DNA from: an uncultured Gammaproteobacteria bacterium
Lineage (GTDB): Bacteria; Patescibacteriota; Patescibacteriia; Magasanikbacterales; GCA-002688135
Assembly: GCA_964536205.1 (NCBI GenBank)
Contig: CAZHVT010000002.1
Coordinates: 1,982-65,981 of the forward strand
Reading direction: 5' to 3'
DNA: 64,000 nucleotides
The position numbers and the translations under genes were made by a program. Positions 47,049-55,837 of this stretch are shown here, piece after piece. The notes under the pieces were generated by a model that saw only the letters and a list, made by a program, of their open reading frames with translations, had not been told where the DNA came from and made no database searches. Position 1 is the first letter of the stretch. Each line of letters begins with the position of its first letter.

Positions 47049-48770
47049 CTATCTATGTGGACGCATGTCGATGAGGCTGCACTGGATTTCTTGTCTTCCG
47101 TTGTAGGAATTAATGCCAAGTCTATACACCACATCAACACGATCACCAAGGTTAAACTTTGTGACATATTCAGCCTTTCCAAAACCAACAAACTTCAACA
47201 TATTCCCATCATCATCAACAAGTTGCATAATAATAGTCGATCCAGAATTCCCAACAACTTGCGCATGAGCAACCTCAACATTTCGAGAGAGAAAAACAGG
47301 TTCCTCGTTTTTCATTCCATGAGGTTCAAGTTTTTGTAGATCGCGCACAAGCTCCCATGTAACATCACAAAATCGCAGCTCACAATCAACATGAAATTCA
47401 GGATCATCATGCACACCTTCCATCGCAGAAACAATCTTGACCAACTCCTCCTCAAAGTAGGGAAGCAGGCTTGGGTCTTTTAATGAAAATCCGCAAGCCT
47501 GCGGATGACCTCCATACTTTTCCAAATACTGTGAAGCAACATCGAGCGCACGAACGATATTTACATTGTTTACGCTCCTTCCAGAACCAACGACAGTTCC
47601 ATTTCGACTAGACATCACCAAAGCAGGTTTTTGATATGCATCTTTCAGTCTTCCGGCAATTAACCCGACTATTCCGCTGGGCCAATCATCATGATATGCA
47701 AACAAAATAGGGTTATCTCTCTGCGCCTCACTTTCAACTTGCTCCTTCGCTCTAGCAAGTGCAGATTTTGTAGATGTCTGTCGTCTGTTATTTATCGTTT
47801 TTATTTCCAACATCAAATCCTCTGCAACTTTCATGTCGTTCGCCCGAAGCAAATCAAAAGCAATGCGAGGATCTCCCATTCTTCCAGGAGCATTTATTTT
47901 CGGACCGATGCCAAATGAAAATGTTTTAGGTCCAAAATCATCATTACGACGATCCTTCAATAAGATCTCAAATCCTAGGCGAGAAGTACGGGCCAAACGT
48001 TCAATTCCATACTTTGCGATAATTCGAGACTCGCCAAGAAGAGGAACCATATCCGCAATTGTCGACATCGCAGCAACATCTAACATCGAATACAAAAAGT
48101 GCTCAACAGATTCAGGCGCAGGCTGACGATCTATGTTATGCGCATGCAACAATAATCCATGCGCAAATTTAAATGCCACGCCACCACCAGCCAAAGATTC
48201 ATCCGGATATGGCTCATCCGGAAGTTTCGGATGAAGTGTAGCATGTGCTGGAGGAAGGTTATCCTTAAATTGATGATGATCAGTTACAATCACATCAACA
48301 CTGTTATCCTGCAAATACTTCACCTCATCAATATTAGAAATTCCACAGTCAATACTAATCACAACCCCAGCCTTATCAGCTACAAATTTCTCTGCTGTGT
48401 GCATGCTCATGCCATATCCATCCTCATCACGATGCGGCAAAAATACATGAACTTCTGCTCCAAGTGCAACAAGGGTTTCAAGAAGAATAACAGAACCACC
48501 AATCCCATCAGCATCATAGTCCCCATGAATCATAATCAATTCCTTTTTCTCAATCGCTTTAAAAACACGCTCACAAGCTTTCGTCATATCAGAAAACAAA
48601 AAAGGATCATGCAGCTGATCCAAAGAAGGGGAGAGAAAAGCCGAAACATCAGAAACCTCACGTTGAGAAAGTAGATCCAAAACAACCCGATGAATATCAG
48701 GATGCGCGGAAATAAAATCTCCCGGCGCACCCTCCGATACACGCCATTTTTGGTTTTCAAATGAGGTCAT
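47049..48770 (-). CDS. recJ: single-stranded-DNA-specific exonuclease RecJ
   Basis: DHH family motifs (MIHGDYDADGI, DCGI, VIVTDHHQ) followed by a DHHA1 region (GGGH). Confidence 0.8.
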   Translation of the reverse strand: MTSFENQKWRVSEGAPGDFISAHPDIHRVVLDLLSQREVSDVSAFLSPSLDQLHDPFLFSDMTKACERVFKAIEKKELIMIHGDYDADGIGGSVILLETLVALGAEVHVFLPHRDEDGYGMSMHTAEKFVADKAGVVISIDCGISNIDEVKYLQDNSVDVIVTDHHQFKDNLPPAHATLHPKLPDEPYPDESLAGGGVAFKFAHGLLLHAHNIDRQPAPESVEHFLYSMLDVAAMSTIADMVPLLGESRIIAKYGIERLARTSRLGFEILLKDRRNDDFGPKTFSFGIGPKINAPGRMGDPRIAFDLLRANDMKVAEDLMLEIKTINNRRQTSTKSALARAKEQVESEAQRDNPILFAYHDDWPSGIVGLIAGRLKDAYQKPALVMSSRNGTVVGSGRSVNNVNIVRALDVASQYLEKYGGHPQACGFSLKDPSLLPYFEEELVKIVSAMEGVHDDPEFHVDCELRFCDVTWELVRDLQKLEPHGMKNEEPVFLSRNVEVAHAQVVGNSGSTIIMQLVDDDGNMLKFVGFGKAEYVTKFNLGDRVDVVYRLGINSYNGRQEIQCSLIDMRPHR

Positions 48771-48776
48771 GAAATT

Positions 48777-48902
48777 CGTAAAGCGTAACTCGTAATGCGT
48801 AACTCGGGAAATGTATCGCGAAGCGATAATTTATAGATCGTCGCCTTGCGACACTTTTTACGCTTTACGCTTTACGCTTTACGCTTTACGCATTACGAGT
48901 CA
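48777..48902. repeat. inverted heptamer-array element: (TAAAGCG/TAACTCG/TAATGCG/TAACTCG) ... core with ATCGCGAAGCGAT palindrome ... (CGCTTTA x4, CGCATTA, CGAGTCA)
   Basis: Read directly. Four perfect CGCTTTA tandem units at 48861-48888. The upstream array is the inverse complement. The core palindrome is shared with the element at 3297-3380. Confidence 0.6.
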
Positions 48903-48910
48903 CGAAAAAA

Positions 48911-49033
48911 TTAGTACCCAAATCCACCACCACCCACAAAAGCTGGTAGAATTGTAATACCAACAAGCGCGACAGTACTAATCGTCACAAAGATAATCTT
49001 GAATATCTTTTTCTGCTTTTTTGTCATCATAGA
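48911..49033 (-). CDS. possible small membrane protein (about 40 aa; C-terminal part of a longer track ORF)
   Basis: MMTKKQKKIFKIIFVTISTVALVGITILPAFVGGGGFGY. The upstream part of the 157-aa ORF is antisense to the Cys-rich gene and was rejected. Confidence 0.25.
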   Translation of the reverse strand, partial: SMMTKKQKKIFKIIFVTISTVALVGITILPAFVGGGGFGY

Positions 49034-49130
49034 AGTGTATAGTAGCATATCTGGAAAAAACACGAAATAGCAGGATATTGAGGGTGGGGTTGACAGGAAG
49101 GCGAGATTATGATAAAAAAAGGAGGATTTC

Positions 49131-49562
49131 ATGGAGGGAAAAATGTCAGGGAAACATGTGAGAACAGGTGCTGAAGAGCGAATTAATTGTGAGGATTGCA
49201 AAGGGACATGCATAGTCCCGAACACTGAATTCGTGGATTGTGGGGAGTGCGGCGGTGTACCGAATGTCTGCGATGTGTGTGAAGGTGGCGGGCAACTTGA
49301 GGGAGATGATGGCTTCGCGGAAGATTGCCACAAGTGTAGTGGAAGTGGTAAGAGGCGATACAAGTGCAAGCCATGCGGTGGCACAGGAAAAATCGAGCGC
49401 GAGGGCGATGGGACGCCTTGTCATGAGTGCATGGACATGGGAAGCGCCTGTAGCTTCTGCGAGGAGTTCGAGTGTAGTGGTTCGCCGTACTGCCAGAACT
49501 GCAATGAGTGTGGACACTCATGTAGCTGTCCCGAAGGCCAGCGAATCGAAGCCGAATTCTAG
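49131..49562 (+). CDS. cysteine-rich protein with multiple CxxC / CxxCxGxG zinc-finger-like repeats (143 aa)
   Basis: 24 Cys. Repeats CEDCKG, CGEC, CDVC, CHKCSGSGK, CKPCGGTGK, CHEC, CSFC and CQNCNEC. Strong RBS AAAGGAGG, promoter-like TTGACA upstream, GC-rich. Confidence 0.5.
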   Translation: MEGKMSGKHVRTGAEERINCEDCKGTCIVPNTEFVDCGECGGVPNVCDVCEGGGQLEGDDGFAEDCHKCSGSGKRRYKCKPCGGTGKIEREGDGTPCHECMDMGSACSFCEEFECSGSPYCQNCNECGHSCSCPEGQRIEAEF

Positions 49563-49569
49563 AACCAAA

Positions 49570-49599
49570 AAGTCCTCTACGCGAGGACTTATTTTTTTA
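49570..49599. terminator. bidirectional intrinsic terminator (AAGTCCTC-TACGC-GAGGACTT + T7) shared with convergent lepA
   Basis: Read directly. Confidence 0.55.
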
Positions 49600-51393
49600 C
49601 GATCGTTTTAAAACTGCAAGGTAGGCTTCTGGGGGAATTTTGACTTTCCCGGTTGCCATCATGCGCTTTTTTCCTTTCTTTTGTTTTTCTAAAAGTTTTC
49701 GTTTTCGTGTGACATCTCCGCCATACAATTTTGCCGTCACATCTTTTCGCATTGCAGACAATCGTTCTCCTGCAATTACTTTCCCGCCAATCGTCGCTTG
49801 TAATTTCAAAACAAATTGTTGACGCGGCAAAGTTTCCTTTAGTTTGGTTACAACTGTTTTCCCAATCTTAAATGCATCCTCGCGCCACACCAATTGAGAA
49901 AGCGCCTCAACCTGTTCTTCTGCAACCAAAATATCCAACTTCACCACGTCAGAATCACGATACCCAATCACATCATAATTCATTGATGCATATCCAGAAG
50001 AAATCGATTTCAAATTATCATAAAAATCTGTGAGAATCGCAGCAAGTGGAATATCATAATGTAAAATCACGCGCTTAGAACCACCAACACCTTCCAAAAA
50101 TTCTGTATTGATATATGTTCCTTTGCTCTCCTGCACAAACTGCATAATCCCGCCAAGCGTATCTTCTGTGGTAATAATATCCAATCGTACCCACGGTTCC
50201 TGCACTATCTCACGAATATTTGGATCTGGCATGGATTGTGGACTTTTCGCCGTCAACGTTTTCCCATCACGTAGCGTAACCTCGTACGCAACAGATGGAA
50301 CAGTCACTACAATCTCCAAATTATGCTCACGCCGCAATCGCTCCTGCACAATCTCTAAATGTAGCATCCCTAAAAATCCACATCGAAATCCAACTCCAAG
50401 GGCATCAGAATGTTCGGGTTCATACATGAGAGAAGAATCAGATAATACCAACCGCTCCAATCCTTCTCGTAGCTTCCCATAATCATTTCCTTCTGCAGGA
50501 AAAATCCCAGCAAACACCATCGATTTAATTTCTTCATATCCAGCAAGCGGCTGTGTTGAAGTTTTCTGATTGATAATCGTATCACCAACACGACAACTCG
50601 CAAGATCCTTAAATCCTGTCGCAATCATCCCAATCGATCCAGCCGTCAAATTCGGCACAACTTTAAACTGCGGACTTGAAACCCCCACATCCATCGGCGC
50701 AGCATCTGTATTCGTTTTTATAAAATGAATCAAATCATCACGCGCAACCTGTCCATTCACAATCCGCACATTTGCAATCACACCTTTATACTCATCATAA
50801 TATGAATCAAAAATCAGAGCTTGCAACGGCGCGGTCGGATCACCAACCGGAGCGGGCACACGATCAATAACAGCTTGCAAAACAGCCTCAATACCCTCAC
50901 CAGTTTTCGCAGAAACTGACAAAATATCCTCACGATCACAACCCAACAAATTGATAATCTCTTGAGAAACTGTTTCAACATCAGCTGCCGGCAAATCAAT
51001 TTTATTCATCACAGGAATAATCTTCAGATCCTGCTCCAAAGCCAAATATAAATTCGCAATCGTCTGCGCCTGTACACCTTGCGCCGCATCCACCAACAAA
51101 ATCGCTCCCTCAACAGCCGCAAGAGATCGAGAAACCTCATACGTAAAATCAACATGTCCCGGTGTATCAATCAAATTCAACTCATGTCCTAAAAATTCCA
51201 TTCGTACTGGCTGCAACTTAATCGTAATCCCACGCTCCTGCTCAATATCCATCGTATCCAACATCTGCGTCCCAATCTTCCGCTTATCAACCGCCCCCGT
51301 CAATTCCAAAAAACGATCGGCAAGCGTAGACTTCCCATGATCAATATGCGCGATAATGCAAAAATTTCGTATGTTCTGGAGTTCCATGTGCAC
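49597..51393 (-). CDS. lepA: elongation factor 4 (LepA)
   Basis: N-terminal IRNFCIIAHIDHGKSTLADR G-domain and a LepA-specific C-terminal region. 598 aa. Confidence 0.9.
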   Translation of the reverse strand: MHMELQNIRNFCIIAHIDHGKSTLADRFLELTGAVDKRKIGTQMLDTMDIEQERGITIKLQPVRMEFLGHELNLIDTPGHVDFTYEVSRSLAAVEGAILLVDAAQGVQAQTIANLYLALEQDLKIIPVMNKIDLPAADVETVSQEIINLLGCDREDILSVSAKTGEGIEAVLQAVIDRVPAPVGDPTAPLQALIFDSYYDEYKGVIANVRIVNGQVARDDLIHFIKTNTDAAPMDVGVSSPQFKVVPNLTAGSIGMIATGFKDLASCRVGDTIINQKTSTQPLAGYEEIKSMVFAGIFPAEGNDYGKLREGLERLVLSDSSLMYEPEHSDALGVGFRCGFLGMLHLEIVQERLRREHNLEIVVTVPSVAYEVTLRDGKTLTAKSPQSMPDPNIREIVQEPWVRLDIITTEDTLGGIMQFVQESKGTYINTEFLEGVGGSKRVILHYDIPLAAILTDFYDNLKSISSGYASMNYDVIGYRDSDVVKLDILVAEEQVEALSQLVWREDAFKIGKTVVTKLKETLPRQQFVLKLQATIGGKVIAGERLSAMRKDVTAKLYGGDVTRKRKLLEKQKKGKKRMMATGKVKIPPEAYLAVLKRS

Positions 51394-51452
51394 CTATCAT
51401 AAATGTTATGAGGAATCAGGTCAATGAGATGATTGACTGAAACGGAGAGAAT

Positions 51453-53150
51453 ATGATAAAAAAGACACTTATGTCAGCTCAAAAAGCAAAAAAGTTTGCA
51501 ATATATTCTGTAATCGCAGTGGGAGTTTTGGTGGTGTTTGCAGCAATGACAAATTTTCAAAGTTTGCGTGGAGGAGCGATAGCAAACCTATTACCCCAAG
51601 GAGTGCGTCACGGAATCAAAGACATGTTCTTTTTTATTCATGACGCACCATCATTAGCAAAAGCATCTCTATCAAAAGAAAAAATAGATCGTGTTGAAAT
51701 CACAATGGACCCAGAAGACTTGCGTGCAATCTATCAGATCGATACAGATCAAAAATATTTGGATCAAGGAAAACAGCGTCGCCCAGTAAAAGTTTCATTC
51801 AAGGGAAAAGAATACAATGCAGAAGTTCGATTGCGCGGTGAGACAAGTCCGCATTGGGCATATGAAAAAAAATCATGGCGGATTGAATTGGATAAAAAGA
51901 AAATTTTCGATGTAAGTACGCTAGAATTCATCGTCGCATCGGATCGATTCTATGTTGTCGAACAATTTAATAATGCGCGCGCGCGAAAGATGGGATTACT
52001 TGTTCCAGATTCGCAATACGCAAACCTCACCATCAACAACAAAGATTTCGGCGTCTATTTTGTATCAGAAAGAATTGCAGATGATTTTGTCACACGACAT
52101 GAGCTGCCAGAAGAAACAGTCATATATGGGGAAACAGATTTAAATCGAACAATTTATGAAAATGCAGGATTGTGGAAAATCAATGCAGGCGAAGAATCAG
52201 AAGTTGGATTCGGCCCGCTCATCACACTCATCGATGCAATGGATATTGAGGATGATGAGAAATTCTATAAGCGACTAAAAGAATTGGTAAATATCGAAAA
52301 GTTCGCACTTTGGAATGCGCATCAAATCCTCGCAGGATCAGAACATCAAGATTGGGCACACAACACACGCATCATGTATCGCCCTGACACAAACCTCATG
52401 TACTTCATTCCGTGGGATGTTGAATTCCAACCGCTCCATCGCGCGCGTCCGATCGATCGTCGTTACAATCCAATTATCAATCGACTCATCAACATTCCAG
52501 AATACCAGATCATGCGTGCACAGATTTTGTGGAGTATGGTTGGAAATGATGAGTGGGTGAGAATGGACAAAGAAATGTTCGATGAGATTGCAGGAGAAGT
52601 GACACCAGCCGCATATCGCGATCGAACAAAAGAACATACTAACAAAGAAGTCAAAGAGATGATTGCATATTATGATGGCGTGCGACAACAAAACATCAAT
52701 TATCTGCAAGAAGCATTACAACAAAACAGAGCACTCGCACATCTCACATGGAAAACAAATCAAAGAAAAACTGAAGGGAAGATGCGAATTTCAATTGATG
52801 ATGAATCGCCAGCTGCACTTGCGAGAATTGTATTTCCGCCAGAAGATGCACGTCATGATTGGAAACTATATAAAGATAATGGAGATGGAATACATAATAG
52901 ATTCGATCAGTTATTGGGAATATCACAAAACGGCGTGATAGAAATTAAAAAAGAAATCCCATTACACGCAATCAAATATGATGTGTGGCTTCACAATCGA
53001 TATGAACAATTTGAAACGAAACTTGGGCACTATGATTTCTTTCTGGTGAGAAGTGGATCACAGTTTAATACAGATGTCACACCTCGGATAACAGTTCAGA
53101 ATCTAGTAACACGAGAAAATCAAATCATAGAACCTGCTATTGGAATATGA
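51453..53150 (+). CDS. CotH kinase-family-like protein (putative), N-terminal TM anchor
   Basis: Weak resemblance to the CotH domain, strengthened by a downstream VTC-domain gene and a DUF4956-like membrane protein, which is a known CotH neighbourhood. Confidence 0.45.
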   Translation: MIKKTLMSAQKAKKFAIYSVIAVGVLVVFAAMTNFQSLRGGAIANLLPQGVRHGIKDMFFFIHDAPSLAKASLSKEKIDRVEITMDPEDLRAIYQIDTDQKYLDQGKQRRPVKVSFKGKEYNAEVRLRGETSPHWAYEKKSWRIELDKKKIFDVSTLEFIVASDRFYVVEQFNNARARKMGLLVPDSQYANLTINNKDFGVYFVSERIADDFVTRHELPEETVIYGETDLNRTIYENAGLWKINAGEESEVGFGPLITLIDAMDIEDDEKFYKRLKELVNIEKFALWNAHQILAGSEHQDWAHNTRIMYRPDTNLMYFIPWDVEFQPLHRARPIDRRYNPIINRLINIPEYQIMRAQILWSMVGNDEWVRMDKEMFDEIAGEVTPAAYRDRTKEHTNKEVKEMIAYYDGVRQQNINYLQEALQQNRALAHLTWKTNQRKTEGKMRISIDDESPAALARIVFPPEDARHDWKLYKDNGDGIHNRFDQLLGISQNGVIEIKKEIPLHAIKYDVWLHNRYEQFETKLGHYDFFLVRSGSQFNTDVTPRITVQNLVTRENQIIEPAIGI

Positions 53151-53878
53151 AACATCCGCGCATCCCACACGAATTCCAACGCTACGAATTCAAATACGTC
53201 ATGCCAGATTACATGACCGCCACGATCAAAAAATCGCTGGAACATTTTGGTATGATCAAGGATCCGATGGTGCCAGATGGAAAAAACAGTTACGACATCA
53301 CAAGTTTGTATTTTGATAATGAAAAACTTCTTGCATATCATTCAAAACTTGCCGGCGAGAGAAATCGATACAAACTCCGCTTACGATATTATGGCGATGT
53401 GAAAGATGCACCACAACATTCATTCGCAGAAATCAAAAGTAAGTACAACAGTGTTATTCACAAACGCCGTGAAAGAATTTCAGCAGAAGATGTAATTGCA
53501 CTATGCAATGGATTAGTACCATCACACAAAGACGATGCAGAAACATTCCAACTATTTGTTGCACGCATGAAAAAAAATAGCATGACACCCCGCATGCTCG
53601 TGCGATACAAACGAGAGCCATTGATTTGGAATAAAGATAAGAGATTGCGCATCACCTTTGATTCACACTTACAATCTCGCTCGTCAGAAAATCTATATGA
53701 TGCCGGCATGTTTCATGATTATATGAAACATCGTACTGTGATGGAGCTCAAATTCACCGGATGGGCACCCGGATGGGTCGGGCAAATCATACGAGAACAC
53801 AGACTTGACCGAGTCGCCTCATCCAAGTATTGTCTAGCGGTACGAGACGCATCTCGCGTCGGTCGCATTAGAATCTAA
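53147..53878 (+). CDS. VTC-domain (polyphosphate polymerase-like, CYTH-like fold) protein
   Basis: N-terminal HEFQRYEFKYVMPD and an R/K-rich pattern (RYKLRLRYYGD ... KRRERI) typical of bacterial VTC-domain proteins. Confidence 0.55.
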   Translation: MKHPRIPHEFQRYEFKYVMPDYMTATIKKSLEHFGMIKDPMVPDGKNSYDITSLYFDNEKLLAYHSKLAGERNRYKLRLRYYGDVKDAPQHSFAEIKSKYNSVIHKRRERISAEDVIALCNGLVPSHKDDAETFQLFVARMKKNSMTPRMLVRYKREPLIWNKDKRLRITFDSHLQSRSSENLYDAGMFHDYMKHRTVMELKFTGWAPGWVGQIIREHRLDRVASSKYCLAVRDASRVGRIRI

Positions 53879-53885
53879 TTACCTT

Positions 53886-53952
53886 GTCATCCCGGCGTAG
53901 GCCGGGATCCATCATGTTAATCAGCATGGATTCCGGCCTACGCCGGAATGAC
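53886..53952. repeat. palindromic repeat copy D (GTCATCCCGGCGTAGGCCGGGATCCA-N15-TGGATTCCGGCCTACGCCGGAATGAC)
   Basis: Read directly. Confidence 0.7.
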
Positions 53953-53961
53953 AAATAAAAT

Positions 53962-54636
53962 ATGTTAGAAGACATTTTTTTCTCCGCCGGCCCAGTCGAT
54001 GTAAACGTAGTAATCATGTCAATAAGTGTGATTATCGCGTTTGTATTATCGATGTTCATCGCATGGGTCTATAAACGAACTCACAGAGGATTATCATATT
54101 CTCCATCATTTGTTGCAAGTCTGGTCATGATGGGGCCGATTTTGTCAGTCATCATGATGATCGTTGGAACATCTGTCGCACGAGCATTTACGGTATTTGG
54201 AGCATTTACACTCATCCGTTTCAGAACAGCTATCAAAGATACACGAGACATCGCTTTCGTATTATGGATTTTGATGGCTGGACTTGGTGTAGGAACACAG
54301 AACCACATCATAGCTATCGTCGCGACATTGCTCATCAGTGTAGCTGTCTGGTGGTTATCAGTTTCTCGTTTTGGAGCAGTATCACGATTCGACTACGTTG
54401 TGACATTGGTAACTGCGGAACAAACAGACATGTACAAAGAGATTTTCGATCGTTTCGCAAAAAATGTATCTGTCCTATCATCTACTATTCAGAAAGATCG
54501 CAGCAGATCAGAAATGAGTGTTCAAATTACTCTCAAAGATGACACACAGTTGAAGGAACTGATTACAGCACTTAACAAAGAAGAAGCCATTCAAGAAGTT
54601 ATCGTCAACAGAACGCAAGGCGACTTGGAATTCTAA
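53962..54636 (+). CDS. DUF4956-like polytopic membrane protein
   Basis: Four or five TM helices then a soluble C-terminal domain. Assignment rests on gene context with CotH/VTC. Confidence 0.4.
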   Translation: MLEDIFFSAGPVDVNVVIMSISVIIAFVLSMFIAWVYKRTHRGLSYSPSFVASLVMMGPILSVIMMIVGTSVARAFTVFGAFTLIRFRTAIKDTRDIAFVLWILMAGLGVGTQNHIIAIVATLLISVAVWWLSVSRFGAVSRFDYVVTLVTAEQTDMYKEIFDRFAKNVSVLSSTIQKDRSRSEMSVQITLKDDTQLKELITALNKEEAIQEVIVNRTQGDLEF

Positions 54637-55775
54637 TGATCACCTATAACACAGTTTTGAAAAAAAGCACCACGCGGCTCATGCTGCTCGGTGTTATTTT
54701 TTTATTGGCAGGATGCGGTTCAAATACAAGGCAACTAAGTACATACATGTTGGATGAAGAACCATCTGGCACGCCGCCGCGCATTGAGCGAGAATTCAAA
54801 TTATCGATGCAAGGTGAAGGCGCAGAAACACATGATCCCGAAACAATCATCGCAGTTGTATCTCATGGATTATCTGAACTCATCAACGAAAAAAAATTAT
54901 CCGCGCAGAATATTACAAATAAAGAATATTACATTGATGATGCAAGCAAAGCATTTGTATTTCGCGATACATATTATGACAACAACAAAAAAGATCTAGC
55001 TGCACGCGCAATTTCATATCGACTACGATACAGATTCAATGATGTAGAAAAATATGAAAAACATGAGCGCTATCCAGAGGATCCGGCATTTTTCCCAAAC
55101 CGCGCAGAGATTCAAGCCAAAACAGATCGTGTTGAAATTGGTGATGGGTTTTCAACAGTGAAAGAAGCGCGATTCGAATTCAGAAATGCATCAGATCCAT
55201 TTTCCAAAAAAAATAAAGCTCCAAAATCTCCCTGGAAATATTCACAATTTTCAAAATATCCCGAAACAGGTCAATTTCAAAAATACACAATGTGGCCAAC
55301 ATATCATGTCGTTGAATCATTAGAGGAAGAAATAGGTAGAAGCGGGAGTTTATATGTCCGACCATCAACAGTTCTTCTGACTCGTCGCGATCGAGTGCAT
55401 CTCAACATGAAAACTCCGTGGGGTTCAGGTCCAAACCCAGAACAAGTTTTTATTATTTCACTCGACACAGTTCAAGTTTTTGACGATTTCTATCATGAGT
55501 ATCTTCTCGGAAAACAAAACAGACCCGAACCAGTCGGATCATACATAGAAATGGAAATCGAGTTCGAGCGAAACATTTCAACAGAAATCGATGATGTCAT
55601 CAAAAAGGGAAGCAAGAAAAAAAAGAAAAAAGCTGAAGATGCTCGAGATGCATTTTTAAAAGATCAGAAAGAAATTGTAACCAAACTCGAATCTCAACTT
55701 GCACAACTAAACATAACTCTAACCCCAGTCACGCAAAGCAAATATGGACAAGCTATAAACCTCCTAAACAGATAG
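54636..55775 (+). CDS. hypothetical lipoprotein, possibly a second CYTH/VTC-like domain
   Basis: Lipobox LLAGCGSN. IEREFKLSMQ resembles the EIERKF start of CYTH domains. Confidence 0.4.
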   Translation: MITYNTVLKKSTTRLMLLGVIFLLAGCGSNTRQLSTYMLDEEPSGTPPRIEREFKLSMQGEGAETHDPETIIAVVSHGLSELINEKKLSAQNITNKEYYIDDASKAFVFRDTYYDNNKKDLAARAISYRLRYRFNDVEKYEKHERYPEDPAFFPNRAEIQAKTDRVEIGDGFSTVKEARFEFRNASDPFSKKNKAPKSPWKYSQFSKYPETGQFQKYTMWPTYHVVESLEEEIGRSGSLYVRPSTVLLTRRDRVHLNMKTPWGSGPNPEQVFIISLDTVQVFDDFYHEYLLGKQNRPEPVGSYIEMEIEFERNISTEIDDVIKKGSKKKKKKAEDARDAFLKDQKEIVTKLESQLAQLNITLTPVTQSKYGQAINLLNR

Positions 55776-55788
55776 TCATCATAGAACG

Positions 55789-55814
55789 GTCATCCTGGCA
55801 CAGGCTGGGATGAC
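55789..55814. repeat. degenerate single arm of the palindromic repeat family (GTCATCCTGGCACAGGCTGGGATGAC)
   Basis: Read directly. Lies between convergent genes. Confidence 0.35.
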
Positions 55815-55837
55815 AATTTTGGTCACGATGACAATTC

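Noticed and set aside
48861-48895. Tandem heptamer array as a possible CRISPR array
   Set aside because: The units are 7 bp with no spacers, and no cas genes are present. It is an iteron-like or microsatellite repeat, not CRISPR.
48911-49384. 157-aa minus-strand ORF (Pro/Ser-rich N-terminus)
   Set aside because: Its N-terminal two-thirds are antisense to the motif-rich Cys-finger gene. Only the C-terminal 40-aa hydrophobic segment was kept, as a low-confidence small protein.
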